A stretch of 64,000 bases of DNA from Paraspadella gotoi. Taxonomy: Eukaryota; Animalia; Chaetognatha. The notes beneath the pieces are model-generated. The model was not told the DNA's origin. It worked only from the letters and a program-made list of their open reading frames with translations, and did no database searches. Position numbers and translations under genes: made by a program. Location: contig CM119266.1 in NCBI GenBank assembly GCA_051294375.1, positions 21,705,875-21,769,874 on the forward strand. The letters run 5' to 3'. Below, one piece after another: positions 25,202-40,895 of this stretch; within the stretch, counting starts at the first letter, position 1, and each line of letters starts with the position of its first letter.

Positions 25202-26288
25202 GAGATATAAGCACAATTTTTGACAATTCTTACCGAATATGTGCCATACATAATTAAGGAAGACTTTTAACAGCAGAAAACCAAATATTAATTTTATTGT
25301 GCTTGCACTTGCATTTAACGCATTTATTCCGTTTAATATTATTTTCACTCATATTTTATTTCAAATTGCCATCTTTAATTGTAATAAAATATTTTTTTTA
25401 GAATTTATATAAAGAGAATATTTTATTCTCTTTCTTCTTGTCTAGTCATATGTTTAATTCAAATTTCATTTTAAAAACGGATAGAATACAAAACTATGTG
25501 AAATTAAGCATGTTTAAAACCCAGACTCTTTACATTCGTTTTATAAGTGTATATGTACTATTATGTAATAAACTTTGTCATTGGATGTTGTAATGGAACA
25601 AACCGATTGCTTTGCCTTGTACTGCATTCCTGTTATTTACTCTTACAATTTTAATAATTAACATTTCCATAGCCTGACAATATTTTGTCTATATTTTATA
25701 ACGAGATAAGAATTGAATAAAATTACCTATGTTCATTTTTTTTAATTTTCACTACGCAAAGATTAAGAGTATAAGTAGTAGAATTATCTTAAGTTTAAAA
25801 AAGAAAAAAACGCAGCTCCAGTGTTGTACAAAAGCATTATAATTAATTAGTTAATTTATTTAGAAACATGAAAAAAAATAGAGCTATTCTGTCAATTTAA
25901 AAAATAAGAGGAATGTCCTAGGTAATGAAATTGGTACAACCAATATAAAAATTATCCATTTATTTAAGTAAGCTATCTTGCCCCTGACTTTGGACAGGCT
26001 TTGGTGTTTTAAGGCCTCCATCACTCTTACAAGATAATGCAAGCTATAATTGTAACCAAAGGATCAATTTTGAAGTCTTTAACGCTATGAAATGTTTACC
26101 GTGTTTAAACGACGTAGCTAAAAAATCATGTTGGAATTAACTACGTATAATTTAACATAACATAACATACAGCAACATTAACTTTTATTTATCAAACAAT
26201 ATACATAAATTAAACGAAATTCAACTTCCAAAGGCTTTTCACATGTAAGATTGTTTTTATTTTCAAAAATATTTTAATTATTAGAAGT

Positions 26289-26739
26289 TCAAGCCTTTGT
26301 AGAGCTCTCCAAATAAGCAATAAGATCTTCTCTCTCTTTTTTCTTTTTAATTCCTAAAATAGAAAAAAATTAAAAAATAATATAAAAAGTAATAGGTAAT
26401 TTAAAGTGGAACAAACCTGCAAAAACCATCTTCGTTCCAGGGATGTACTTCTTGGGATTTTGCAAGTAAATTTCGAGTGTGTCTTCGCCCCAGATTATAC
26501 CTGTTCAAAGTAAAAAACCCAAATTATTTTTTCTTTATCAGAAATTCAACAATAAAACTAATTGTTCGACCTTTTTTAATGTTGGCTTCCGAGTATGGGA
26601 ATCCAGGTGCTCCGCCGGTTTGTCGGCCCCAAAATCCATTGAGATTAGGTCCAGTCTTGTGCTTCCCTCCTGCCTCCACTGTGTGACATTGGGAGCATTT
26701 TTGCACGAAAATCTTTTTTCCCTTTTCAACGTCTCCCAT
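26289..26739 (-). CDS. CYCS: Cytochrome c (3 coding exons)
   Basis: [33 protein letters not shown] (CxxCH); exon 2 [28 protein letters not shown] (Met80 ligand); exon 3 [20 protein letters not shown]; introns about 26501-26570 and 26355-26416. Confidence 0.97.
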
Positions 26740-27964
26740 GTTTATTTTCGAAAACGATTTTCACGTATCAATACGTCGATGTCAGATCTAAATCAAAAAG
26801 AAATTTTCCGAACGACTTAAATGTTTTTGTCACGTTAGTTTTCTGGTTTAAGGAAATTATGACCACAGGCCAAGTCTAAGATGAGATGATGAAATATATG
26901 AAATCAAAAGAAAGAAGTAAGAATGTGTGGATTTCAAAAGAATCGAAAAGGGTTAATCACGTTAATCACGTTAAAATATGGTTCACAGAACACTCGAAGG
27001 CAAGAAAAAACTTGAGCAATCGCTGACGACACTACCAAACATTCGGCAAGTCTTGAAAAGATTTTCAACTACTATTTGACGTTAGAATAAGATGCAAAAG
27101 TATATAATTAATTTCGTTCCACAAGTCGTCGGACAAGCAAAGAAAAAATGTAAAAAATTGAAACAAAAAAATGTCTACTTTGAAAGCAAAACTACACGCT
27201 GTAGGTTCTTCTTTCGCGTTTCAAAACTGACCTTGTGGTTGAGAATGAGGATTCAACATCGAGGCTTTCCTCGATCGTATTACCGAGCGGGTACATGGCT
27301 GCAAGATTCGGCAACGTGATGCAAGGCCGTTGCTAAGCAGACTGTTTTTCAATCTGCAGTAATAATGGCAATTAAACGAGGGTTAAGCTAAAGGTTAGGA
27401 TTTATTATTTTTCACGTATTTGAAAACGTTTAAGCATAACAAATACAAGTTATAACTTATATGGGCTTTTAAATTATTTTGATTCTTTCAGTTTCAAGGA
27501 GACTCAATTTGGGATACATACAGAAAGTGAAGCTTATGCGATATTTATTATATTAAATATGAATTGTTTCCTCTATTCCTCAAACAGTTGGACGTATTCA
27601 TTTGCGTAATGCGTATTTGACAATGAAAGTTGACCAGGGAAGATAGCAATATTAAATATTTGCTACATAATTTTTTTATGGCTAACACAGCATTAGTTCT
27701 ATTGAAAACACACGTATTCAATGGATTATAATTTTTTTTCTGAACCTTACCAATTGTCTAACTGGTTAGACGTAATCTCGGAGCATGAAACTCAAACAAG
27801 TTTGATCGCATGATCAAGTTGGTCGAAGGAAGAGCATAGGTACGGATCAGAGGAAAAAGTAAATACTGTAGTTGGCCTGGGATTCATTTTGCTTTTAAAA
27901 ATAAATACAATATGCTTTACTTGAACTTAATTGTCTATTTCTTTATGAAAATGAATTCATAAAA

Positions 27965-30700
27965 ATGGCAGCGGTCGATGTCTACGTTCATCCCGCGGGG
28001 GTCGTAACCGTGACTGGAATCGGGCAAGGTGATAAATAGATTATTTAATTAAATTATGAAATAGAAATGTATTGTTAACTTTAAAAAAAATTATGCTGTG
28101 AGTTAATAAATGAAGATATACGTATAAGATAAATAATAAAAAAATTAAAAAAATAAATAAAAAGAAAAAAAAATAAAGATAGTGAAACAAGTAATTTTGC
28201 AACTTTCATAGAACCAAAGAAAGCTCACACGACGTTGTTATGATATATGACTTTTCCTCCAGAAACGGAAAGGTGCGATGATCCCCCACCAGAATATACA
28301 AGATCAGTTGAACAACGAATACCGCCTCCAGAAGACCGACAACAACAACAACAAGGGGAGATCTATCGACGACCGGATATCGATTTGATTCGCATATTAA
28401 TTTCCGGAGGATCGTTATTGTATTACACGACATTGATTTACATTCCTGAAATTCCCTACTTCCTTAAAGATCCCAACTACGATTCCCAAAATGAACAAGC
28501 TCGAAGGGTATATTTGATATATTTATCTTAAAACTATCTATCGATTTATCTATTAAGCATCCATCTAATTCATTCGTCGATCTTTCTATCTGACGATTTT
28601 TCTGTCTAATCAGGCATTTAAATACTTTTATTTATCTATCTTTCTCTCTATTTATCTCTGATTCGTTCAATCGTTCAAACTCTCCCCCATACCAGGCCGG
28701 CCATATATTCCTCTACTGGGCCGAAGCTTGGGCGGCTCCCACCATCTTCTTTATCTCCGGCCTCAACGTTTTCTCTTCCTTTCATAAACGAGACTTGACC
28801 AGTTTCCGATGGGAGCGCTACCATCGGCTCCTCGTCCCGGCGTTTGCCATAATGGCGGTCACTCAGCTTCCCCTGTCTTTCGCGTTCCTCGCCAAACTCC
28901 CGCCGAATTGCCGGCGAAGTTCGGAGGCGAACACTAACGCTTCCGAGGTCAAAGACAATTCGACCCACGATCATGACCCGTGCCTGGTCACCAGGGGTGA
29001 CGAAACGGGTCTCACGGCCGCCAGTTACGTCGACGGGTTTTGGAACTCCCCGCCTCACGAACCTTCGCCGCTGCAGGGATGGATATTGGTGTATATCTTC
29101 CTTTACGCTGAGGTACAGGCGGAGTAATTAGTTTAGTAATAATGGCGATTAATATTTTAGATCTCTAAAACATTTTTAATATATTTTTTTTGCTAAAATT
29201 TACACACTGTCTTGCTCCAAGGTTCTGGCGGGAGTTCTCTACTTATGGCATCCCTCCTCACCCTTCGAATCTACGACCGGCTGCATCTGCATCCCCGATC
29301 GCAGTTTTCTCTGCTGCTGCTGCCGCCGCGCCGGGTCGCCGACAGCGTTCAGCAAGAGGGTCAACTCTTTCCTCGGTTCGGAAAAAAAACTTGCGTTGAT
29401 TCCCGGTGCCGTTCTCGCCGTTCCAGAGGTGCGCAAAGGCAGGGGTGTGTAGGTGGGGGGGCCCTGAAAAAGCTCATGGGCTAAGAGAAATTGTATAAAA
29501 TATATAAATAAGAGAAATATAGCTTTAAATTTTGTGAAATAATGTCTACCAGTATAAACAGAATGTGTGATTTTTAAAAGGACGCTTGTGGCGGTATATT
29601 CACACCGCCTCACATCCACCATTGTTCAGCCAATCGCATTGACTCAGAGGGGGAACGCACCATACCAGGTGTTGCGTTCCATCCACAGTCCTAACGACTT
29701 CCCTCTGCGTTGGCAAAGCGAAACCGTCCTTTGGGTAACCGAGCATGTGACAGGAGGCGTCACTGAGGGTCGGAAGCCCCTAAAGACGACAGTGAGATGA
29801 CCCATCCCAATGGACATCACAGGCAACCCGGCGGTTTCCACTTGTTAATGTTAATTTTAGTTCCGATTTCAGGGAGGCCCGGGCCCACAAAAAAAAAATG
29901 TGCAGGCGCGTGCATAGGCACAATCCCCTTTTTTAATTTTTAATTCTTAATTTTTAAGTTAAAAATTAAAACTACATTCCTCTTTCTTCAGATGATCCTT
30001 CGCCCTGTCTTTCCCGAGGTCGAGCGCCACTTCCTCTCCGTATTTTATGACATTCCCTCTGATCTCAACTTTGGCTTCGTCTTCTTCTTGGGATTCGCCT
30101 TCGCCGCCGACGACTCTCGTCTTCGCCCGATCGCGGCGAACATCTCTCGACTCTACTTTTGGGCGGGCAACGCCTCGCTCTTGTGCCACGCCCTCCTGAA
30201 GACGTTCTACGGCGACAAGTTCGTCGCCGCCTTCTTTAGCGGAATGTTTCGAGGATTCGGCGAGTGGATGTTTATCTTGGGCTTAGTAGGACTGTGTCGA
30301 AGGTAAGGGGCAAGGGATTTGTCAAATAGTAAACTCAAATTCTATCTTCATTCTTCAATTCAGTCGCTTCACGACGAACTCGACGAGATTGTCAACATTT
30401 TTCGAGATGTCGCTGCCCTTCTTCCTGACGAATCAGCAGATTCTCGTTGCCGTGGCGTCGGGTCTACTCAGCCTCCGAGTTATAAATAACTTTGTTTTCG
30501 TTTTCGTCATCGCCACTGTCGCCGCCGTCGTCATCGCCGGTTTCGTCGTCAAATCGGGCCCGCTTCGCTACTTTTTCGGACTCTCAGTTGAGCCCGATTC
30601 CCCCGTGCCCGGGAAGAAGTGGCACGGACTCGTGCCCGGAATATTTTTGGTTATTCTTCTTGTCTTAGAAATCATTTCCGTTGCGGGAGTGAGAGGTTAA
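27965..30700 (+). CDS. Acyltransferase-3 family multi-pass membrane protein, OpgC/MdoC-like; multi-exon
   Basis: Motifs YRRPDIDLIR, WAAPTIFFISG, SFRWERYHRLLVP, QGWILVYIFLY, FFLGFAF, EWMFILGLVGLC and EMSLPFFLTNQQILV occur in AT3 order among hydrophobic helices, separated by GT-AG introns. Confidence 0.78.
29570..29847 (-). other. GC-richer, extensively self-complementary ~280 bp element in an acyltransferase intron (ncRNA or HINE-like element)
   Basis: Three nested stem domains on the minus strand with G-T wobbles; starts TAACAAG and ends with a hairpin then TTTTAAAAAT. Confidence 0.45.
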
Positions 30701-33700
30701 AGGTTAAAGGTTTGGTACGCATTACTGAAATCCTTTCCCTTTTGTTTAAATGAGCCAATAACAGATACCCTCTGTATACTCTCACAACACTCTATTTTAA
30801 ACATGTGAGCATTTACAATTTTTAAATATTAGTGTGCAATTAGTTATTTTAAATTTAATATTAATTTGGTAAGTTTTACTTAAAAAATATTATCCACATA
30901 CATTTTTGCAAGATTGGTTTTTTGGGTAACTTTACTATTCGATGTCCGCAAACAACCTTAGGTACCACCGGTTAGTGGTTTGTTAATCCATTTAATTTTG
31001 TTTTCCCTCTACTAGCGTCGAGACTTAGTTTGCGCAATAATATAAATTTATTTTGTTCAGTAATATAAATTTTAAAATTTTATAATACATAATAATTGTT
31101 TTAAATTTATTTTAATTGTTATTTTTATGTTTGACGTAGAAAATTATTTTTTTTTTTTTACGTACAATGAGTTTTGTTAGGAAACATAAATTTCGGACAT
31201 CTTTCGGCTTCAATGTAAGCCTAAATCAGTAAAAACATGAATTGATTTCTGAAACAAATATTTTAGTAGGGAAAAACATTTGATATGTCTAGACATTGCT
31301 TTGAGAATCTCAAAGTGCAATTTATTATTTTCTTTGGTGGTTGGTGAATGGTGATGGCTCGTGAATGATTAATGAAGTCGTACTGATTGAAACTTTTCAA
31401 TGTTTTTCTTCGCATCTTCGTTCTTTCATCATTTTTGAGAGGAAATACTTCTTAACACTTTTGTCTGATCATAAAACCGGTATTTTTGGCCTAAATAAAG
31501 TTGTTGTTTTTTTCAAGAAGCTTTCTGGACTAACCGCCATTTATTTGTGGTTCGAAAAAGTTGATTTTTTTAAATCACATTAGGCTTTTTTCATGTTTTT
31601 TTGAATAAGTGATTTCAAGCTAAAAATATCACGAACATAAAAAGAACCCTTACAAATATTCATGATAATTGATCAAGTCATTTCGAACAGATATATGTGC
31701 AGTGTCAAAAGTCGAAAAAAACCAAGCCGTTCTTCTTTAAATAAATCGGGGAGGGGGGAAATTGGCGGAATTACTTCCAAGAAGGTAAAGAAAAATTTCC
31801 AGCCTCTTCTCTCTTTTCTTCATGAAAAAAAGGGAACCGAAAGCGAAGAAAATGCTTTGGCTTGGCTGGCGACCAAGCAAGAAACTGTGGAGGGTATTGG
31901 CTCTACGAATGGAATCACCTGATCTTGGCGAAAGGAGACTTACTTTTAGCCCGGGATTTTTCTTTTCTTTCGCTGAGGTTTGAGTTAAAGAGAAAGGAAA
32001 CTTAAAACCGTGACGTCGATGAAAGCGATCGATTGCGAAAATATTTTTTCAATTTATAATATTTTAAAGAAATGATAGTAATATTTCCGTTTTTCTCTCT
32101 CCACTGCCCAGGAAAAAAAATCATCTGAACCTGCCACAAAAAAAAACCATACCGGATTACGATTTGGGTACTTGTTGTAATCCTTAATGGTAATTTCATA
32201 ACCGCACGAGGAAGAGATTACCACTAATGATTAAGTGCGTTATTGATAAAATCCGAATTCCGGGTCATTCAGGATTCTTTTTCGAGAGAAGCACGAAAGT
32301 TTTATCGATTTCTCTTTTGAGCCTTTTTACATTTTTTTCCCTCTCAATAGAGAAGGAAACATTTTAACAAGGTTCCACTGGGAAAAAAATTCTTCTTTTC
32401 GTTATTAATAGTCTAGTTTGTTATTTTAGAATACTCGCGGGGAAGAAAACCTTTTTAGGTGTTTTTTTAAAAACTCACTCTCTGGATATTCTCATGAGAG
32501 AAGTAGCCAACTTTTTTTTCCTAAGTCTACTACCAGAAGACCCACTTGGAAATTTCTCAAACCCTACTCAGTTTTTTATTCGACGAAGTCAAAAAAGTGT
32601 CAGCGTCTTCAAAAAATTATTCTTCTTCTTTTGTTACTCATTAATCTTTTCTTGAGGCTTCTCATTGATCATTTGTCTTTTTTTTTATTTTTGTCAAATC
32701 CCGCTGTTAAATTTTAACTTAAATTTAACTTAAATTGAAATTGTTTTGAAAAAAAATTCGTAACTTGGTTCAAGCGGAAGTTTATCGACATTACTTACGA
32801 TGTTTCTCAAGCATGATGACCCCGAGGATTGTTTTCCTTCGTTTAATCCAATATAAATAGCATGTTTTAATTGCATTCGCGGCAAAAGACAAATATTTTC
32901 CCATCCTTGGAATCTTCTTAGCTTATCTTAAAATTAAGAACGAAACGTTATTTACCGCTTAGGTCCATTATCTGAACAAATGGTTTCTTCATGGCTTAGA
33001 TACATTGTAGCGTTATAAATTCTGATTTGTTGTTGGCGACTGAGGATTCGAAAGATATAAAAAATTACACGATCAAGGATGATTCATGAATCCAGCCAAA
33101 AAAAGAGTAATTTTTTTCACACACCTGTTCGTGGTAAAGAAAAAGGCAAATATGCAAATCTGAATCTCCTAATCCTTTTCCAAATCTCGCCAAAGATTTT
33201 TGATCCTCGTCTCGAAGAACTCAAAGCCCCAAAGCAATCAAACGATCTCGCCGCGAAAAATGGGATGCGCCCTTCCTCGAAACAGCTAGTATGCAAGTTA
33301 AAATAAAGACTAAATAATGTATAAACGTTGTTTTAATTTACAATTTATCTGATCGTAACAAAGGGGGGGGCAGGTAATAAAAAAAAAGCCTTTCACGGCA
33401 ATCTCAATGATTTGCATGACCGTTATTAGCGTCCGTGATTCGCAGGTGGCGGTCCGAGTCCCGTCGCTGCAACGAAGAGCAAGAAAGGAGGAGCTCTCAC
33501 TTGTGAAGTAGGTGACTCTCTCCGATTGAAAACCTTTTCCCGTCTCAGTTGGAAGAGAATTAGCGCTCACGATGGGGGAGAAAGGATCGTGACAGGAAAT
33601 TGCATATTCGCTATCGAAAACAGCGCGCTGAAAATAGGCCCTTGTGGACTTGCTCCAAACCCTTTTGTTTTCCTTGTTCCACCCATCTCCCCTTCTCAGG

Positions 33701-34334
33701 CTCTCGTTTTTTTTATCTTCGGCAAGGCCGTTGACATTCATTGCTCTCGCAAAACGGATTAAAAATCTTCAATCCTCAAACTTAAGCAGAATAGGCCCGT
33801 TTTTGACTGACAGCGCTTTTTCAATGGAGAAAGGAAAATGAGGTATTGTGCTTTTTGTTCGGCAACCTCGTCCTCATCTTGTGACAGATATTGTTTGTTT
33901 AAAAAAATTTATAAAAAAAAAAATTAGTCGTAAAATAAATTTAGAAAAAAAACTCTACTTCCAATACCTGGCTGACAATAATTCTTTAAATAACGGTGAA
34001 AATTAGAGTCGTTAGCGGCAACGCAGAGCTAGTTTACCCTCATAAAAACCTTAACGAAGAAAACCGCTGCGGGGACGAATTGTTTTCGCGGCGAAAACGC
34101 TCGTTACCGCCACAGCCTCCGCAATTTAAAAAAAAAAAATCCGGGGCTGACGACGACGACGACGCAGCTCGGAGTGGGCGTGGAGTAATGCAGCGACGCC
34201 ATCGAAGCGAAATGCGCATAACGGAAACCAACTTTGAGATAATGAGATGCGATTTTCGATTCTCTCGGGACAACGAGAGAAAAATGGGCCTGTCGCCGTT
34301 GCGCGTGAGCGACGTCCACTGGATACACACACAC

Positions 34335-34425
34335 TCTCTCTCGCTCTCGCTCTCTTTCTCTCTCTATTCGTCACTCTCCCTTTCTTTCTATTTTTCTCCC
34401 TCCTCCCTTTACGCTCGCATTCTCT

Positions 34426-34489
<64 letters not shown>

Positions 34490-34599
34490 TCTTCTCTCCT
34501 CTCTCTCTCTCTCTCTCTCTCCCTCTCTCTTTCTATTTTTCTCCCTCCTCCCTTTGCGTCTCTCTCTCTCTTCTCTCTCTCTCTCTCTCTCTTCTCTCT

Positions 34600-34636
<37 letters not shown>

Positions 34637-34665
34637 CTCTCTCTCTCCCTCTCTCTCTCTCTATC
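34335..34665. repeat. Imperfect (CT)n microsatellite array
   Basis: Directly visible; it generates the spurious SLSL/ERER ORFs. Confidence 0.95.
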
Positions 34666-34913
34666 ACCGACATCGATGGGCGCCTGCGTCTCTCCTCTTC
34701 GCAGAAAGAGGATTTAATGAACCTCTTTTTCATTCTGCTCTCCTTTTACGAAAACTCCCATAGAGACTTTTCAGTTCCGCGGGAAAAAGGAAAAAAAAAA
34801 CCGCGCGACTTTATTTCACTCTCGTTCAAAGAACATTTTCAAAATCTGGCGGGAGAATTTTAAATTCGTTTATTCTTAATCCAAAATGGCCTCGAGGGTG
34901 CATCCGAGAATTT

Positions 34914-36542
<1,629 letters not shown>

Positions 36543-37705
36543 TTTCGTGCGAGCTGTAGTAGTAGTTAACTAAATAAACAGAAAAAAAATAAAGAAGTGG
36601 GAGAAAAATACGGCGCGACGCTTTCAATTCAGTATGAGGTTATTTTAAGGATGATCTACAAGGAGTGCGTCATTATAAGACTTGGAATTTTAATGCTAAA
36701 ACACGGAAAGTAATAAGAGGGCGTTTGGCGTTATCGAGTTAAGAAAGAAATAATCTTGAGGTTTCCCCATCAAACAAAAAAACCCTTGCTCTTTCACATC
36801 TCTGTAATCTTTTTGTTTTCGTCGTAAAAAAATAATTGAGTCAGGAACCAAAATTGTTCTTTTATTTGAATGAGAGCGATAAAGACGACGACTGCGATAC
36901 GACGACGATAAAACTTACGGGTTTAATAAACTCGACCAAATAGTAAAACCAGAAATATAAACAAAAACGTAACATAAACTCTAAAACTGCCTGTTATTTT
37001 ACAGTAAAACCCAAATCTTTTCAAAAAGTTCAAAAAACTAACAGAAAAAGTTTCGTCGAAAAATTTGAAGCAGGTAAATCTGTTTGTTCACGGATCAATG
37101 CCGAAAATTCTTTACATGAATCCCCGTGGGGATCAGCGTTAGACTCTTTCCCTCAGCTTTTCCTTCGCTTTCCAGTCAAATCCGGAAGGCAACTGGAAAC
37201 AGGGTTAAAACATTCTCTTGATTTTTTTCTCCAAAGAACCAAACTCGATAAACACTTTTTCTTAAGAATAAAAAGTTTTTGTTTGAAAACCAAATAAAAA
37301 CCACTGGAGGCCATGACGATGAGAAAACAGTTAACATTAGGAACATGACACATCCTTATTGGTCCTAATTTGGGCAAACTTTTTCCCTTTTTTTTTAGAT
37401 GAGCTTTAAATTCTGATTTTTGGAGATATTTAGGCCTGACACCCTTTCGTTTTTTGCCTTGTCAATATTTCGTAATATCGGTCAAAGTTCGCTGCGAGTT
37501 TTATTGGTTTTTCGTTCCTGCGAGAAATTTGATATAACGATATTTCAAAATTTTTGATTTTAATTCACACCAGAATTTTTGTTTCATTTTTCGCACCTCA
37601 GAATGAACGGGATCGATTCACGCAAAATTCTTGTTTTCTTTTCAAGTAATGATGATAAAGAGTATAATAAATCAAGAAAGACTAACGTTCAATTTGTCAC
37701 GCCCT

Positions 37706-37748
37706 CTTTTTTTTTCTTTCTTTCTTTCTTTCTTTCTTTTCTTTCTTT

Positions 37749-37832
<84 letters not shown>

Positions 37833-37848
37833 TCCTTCGTTCTTTCTT
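37706..37848. repeat. (TTTC)n tetranucleotide microsatellite
   Basis: Directly visible. Confidence 0.95.
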
Positions 37849-38241
37849 TGTTCAATGTTCAGACAAAGATAAGAAAGAGAGGAAATTCGAGACTTTCCCC
37901 CATTAACATGAGTCACTCAATACCTCACTCGTCCTCGAACGACTGCATAAGCACACACGCACACATTACACATTTCATTTTCTCTTCCTCGGCCCCTCCG
38001 TCTCTCGCACTATTTTTCGATTGTTCGACACTTTAAATGTCTTTGTTTTCGCTCTCCGCGGCAATCCGTTAACATTTGATTTTCATTTCAGCCTCCATTT
38101 TAAGCTAACGGAAAATGGTTACGATTTTTCTACGTCGTTTTCAAAATTTGCGAATATGTTTTATGCGAGTGAAGGATACGCATGTCGCGTCTCTTTCTCT
38201 CTTTCTCTCTTTCTCTCTTTCTCACTTCTCTGTTTATGTTT

Positions 38242-38336
<95 letters not shown>

Positions 38337-38364
38337 GCTCGCTGTCGAGTTTTTGACGTTTTGA

Positions 38365-39597
38365 TTAAAAACTTTGAATCGAATTGGATGACGCCGAAAT
38401 TCGTCTCGCACCCCGACGACAATGACCCTTCGACGACACATCTGCTCCGTCACCGTTGGAACCCACTTTTTCCGTAGAAAAAGAAAGGAGTCCTTTCGAT
38501 CGTGCAACGCGACGCCCACTCCGGCCCCCATCGGCCAGTCCTACTTTAGTACAATTAAAAGATAGGAACAATTCTACTATACTATAGTATCGTCACAGGA
38601 AATGGACCAGTTGATGGATCTATCTATCCACTCTCACTCTGTCTGATATGAATTCGATTCTTCCGCTGATCTAATCGCCTCCACGTTTTAATGACTTTTA
38701 ACCGACGATCCAATTCAATCTTTTCAACGAGATTTAACTCAAAGTAACCGGCCTCGAACCCTTGCTTTCCCAGCCACACGAGCATTGCGAGCCAAACCCG
38801 ACCAGCGAAAGAGGAGGGTTGGTCGTTTCTCTTCGTAGCAGATGTCGTGCGGTTACCCTTCGGTCGGCGGACGACGACGACTGCAGACCACGATGACGAC
38901 GATAACAACGAGGACAGCAATGAGGACGATCGGCGATCGAAGGATTTGTAAACCGAGAACTGGACAAACGTTTGCCTCCCGTCGTTGACATGACAATCGG
39001 GAGTCTTTTGTCTCTTTTGTCGCTGACAATCATCGACGAGGGGTCACGAATAATGAGAGAAAGGCGGTCGATTCCGTCTAAATTTAGAACGAGGATTAGG
39101 TTTAGGACGGGGTCAAAAGGGCAACGAATTTTTGTATCATCTTTCTTGTTTTTTCCTTTCTTTAGAAACGTGTCGAGTATCTGTGTTTTGGATCGCGTGA
39201 ATTAGCAGAGAATAAAAATCATCTCGTCCGATTGGCTTCGCGTGTGGTCGTTGTCGTCATTTTTTTTTTGTCGTCGGCCCGGTCAACGTCGTCGCTCGGT
39301 CCCACGACTTCCTCCATGAGCCGTAAATCCCTTAACCACTTCTCCGCTGACCTCCGAGGTCAAACAGTTTGACCCTCGTTATCCGCGACATCTTACGCCG
39401 CAACCGGACTCGGGACAACAAAGATCGAATCGGGTCAAGATCGTAACAGATGATTTTTAAAGCCTCGGTTGCTGCTGTCCACAATTTCAGTTCTTGTAAG
39501 TTGTATTCTGTTTTAAACTCTGTTCTTTTGTTTCTTTTCTTTTCTTTCTTATTTTCGTTTCTCGTGATTTTTAAGTTTTACCATATATTTTATTTTC

Positions 39598-39685
<88 letters not shown>

Positions 39686-39832
39686 CTCCCTCCCTCCCCC
39701 CTCCCTCCCCTTTCTCGTTCTTTCTCTCCACCTTCCATATATCAACGTTCTTCCCTAATGCTTTTTCACTGGTTCTTGTAAAAATTCGTCTTTCGCCTCA
39801 CTTGTCTTCAAGAAGGGTCATAAAAAACCAAT

Positions 39833-39874
<42 letters not shown>

Positions 39875-40857
39875 AATAACGACAAGTCGACATGTTCTTT
39901 TTAGTGACCGTCGAAGGGAACAGGTTGCGACGATGACGCTGCCGATAACCATTCCGATAACGATGCTGATAAAAACCGTTGAGCCATTGGCCTCCACAGC
40001 AGCAAAAATAACTTTGACAACATCTCAAATCTGCTTTAGTACTTACTAACTTACTTACCCATTCTTTCTGGACTGGATCGAGTTTAAATCACATCCATTT
40101 TTTGACATACCTCGAAACTCTTAAGTTTGAATCACAACCTTTCCTTCCTCGCCCCGAACCGGCGAACCGCTTCGACCCGCATACATTTCGTCATCAACGG
40201 ACCTTGACCTTTTCGACGACTTCGACGATCTACTGCGACGACCGACGCCCGACTCCGGCGACATCTCGTATTTTAAAACGTCGCCGGGAGGCCCAGAGAC
40301 ATTCCGCCTTCCACTTGATGTCTTCATCGAGACTCTCGGCCAAGCCCTCGCCCGGGGGCTCGTTATTTTTTTTCCGACTCTTTTTACGAGAGAATCTCTC
40401 GTTAAAAAACATGTCACTCAGTCTCTCTTTTGAAAACTAAGCAAGTCGTATTGTTTATAGAACAAACGCCGAGTTTTGCTTATATAATATATTATAACAT
40501 TGTCTTTAAAGTAACTGGTATCAGTTTCTGTGTTAGTTGTGTTTGTTGATGTTTTTTGTCGGGACGGCGTTTATTATGTTTTCCTTCCCACTTCGCTCTT
40601 TCTATTTTCATCTCGTTTATCGTAGAAGGGCCGCGGAAGGAGTGGTTGTTTTACACGACGTGGTCATTGGTCAAGCGTCGAAGAGATTTTAAAGATGAGA
40701 CATGAGATGATATTGCTATTTGTCCAGAAAAATTAAATAGAATCAGTAGTAACGACGAACTAGAAATAAATTATATCGTAATACAAGACTTCCTAATTGC
40801 GATTATCACTTATTATCATTTAAGTCACAAGATTAGAGAAAGAGGGAGAGATTTATA

Positions 40858-40895
<38 letters not shown>

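Noticed and set aside
29680-29700. CCTAAC as a TTAGG telomerase RNA template
   Set aside because: Only 6 nt, and the wobble pattern favours the opposite strand.
29730-29830. Twister ribozyme on the + strand (TAA..GC..AGGG-TCGG-AAGC-CCCT)
   Set aside because: The P4/L4 look-alike is present, but I could not build consistent P2, GA-T1 and cleavage-site elements in any permutation.
33996-34763. Long SLSL/ERER ORFs here and near 38 kb, 46.5 kb, 52.7-54.2 kb and 60 kb
   Set aside because: Produced by microsatellite or low-complexity DNA.
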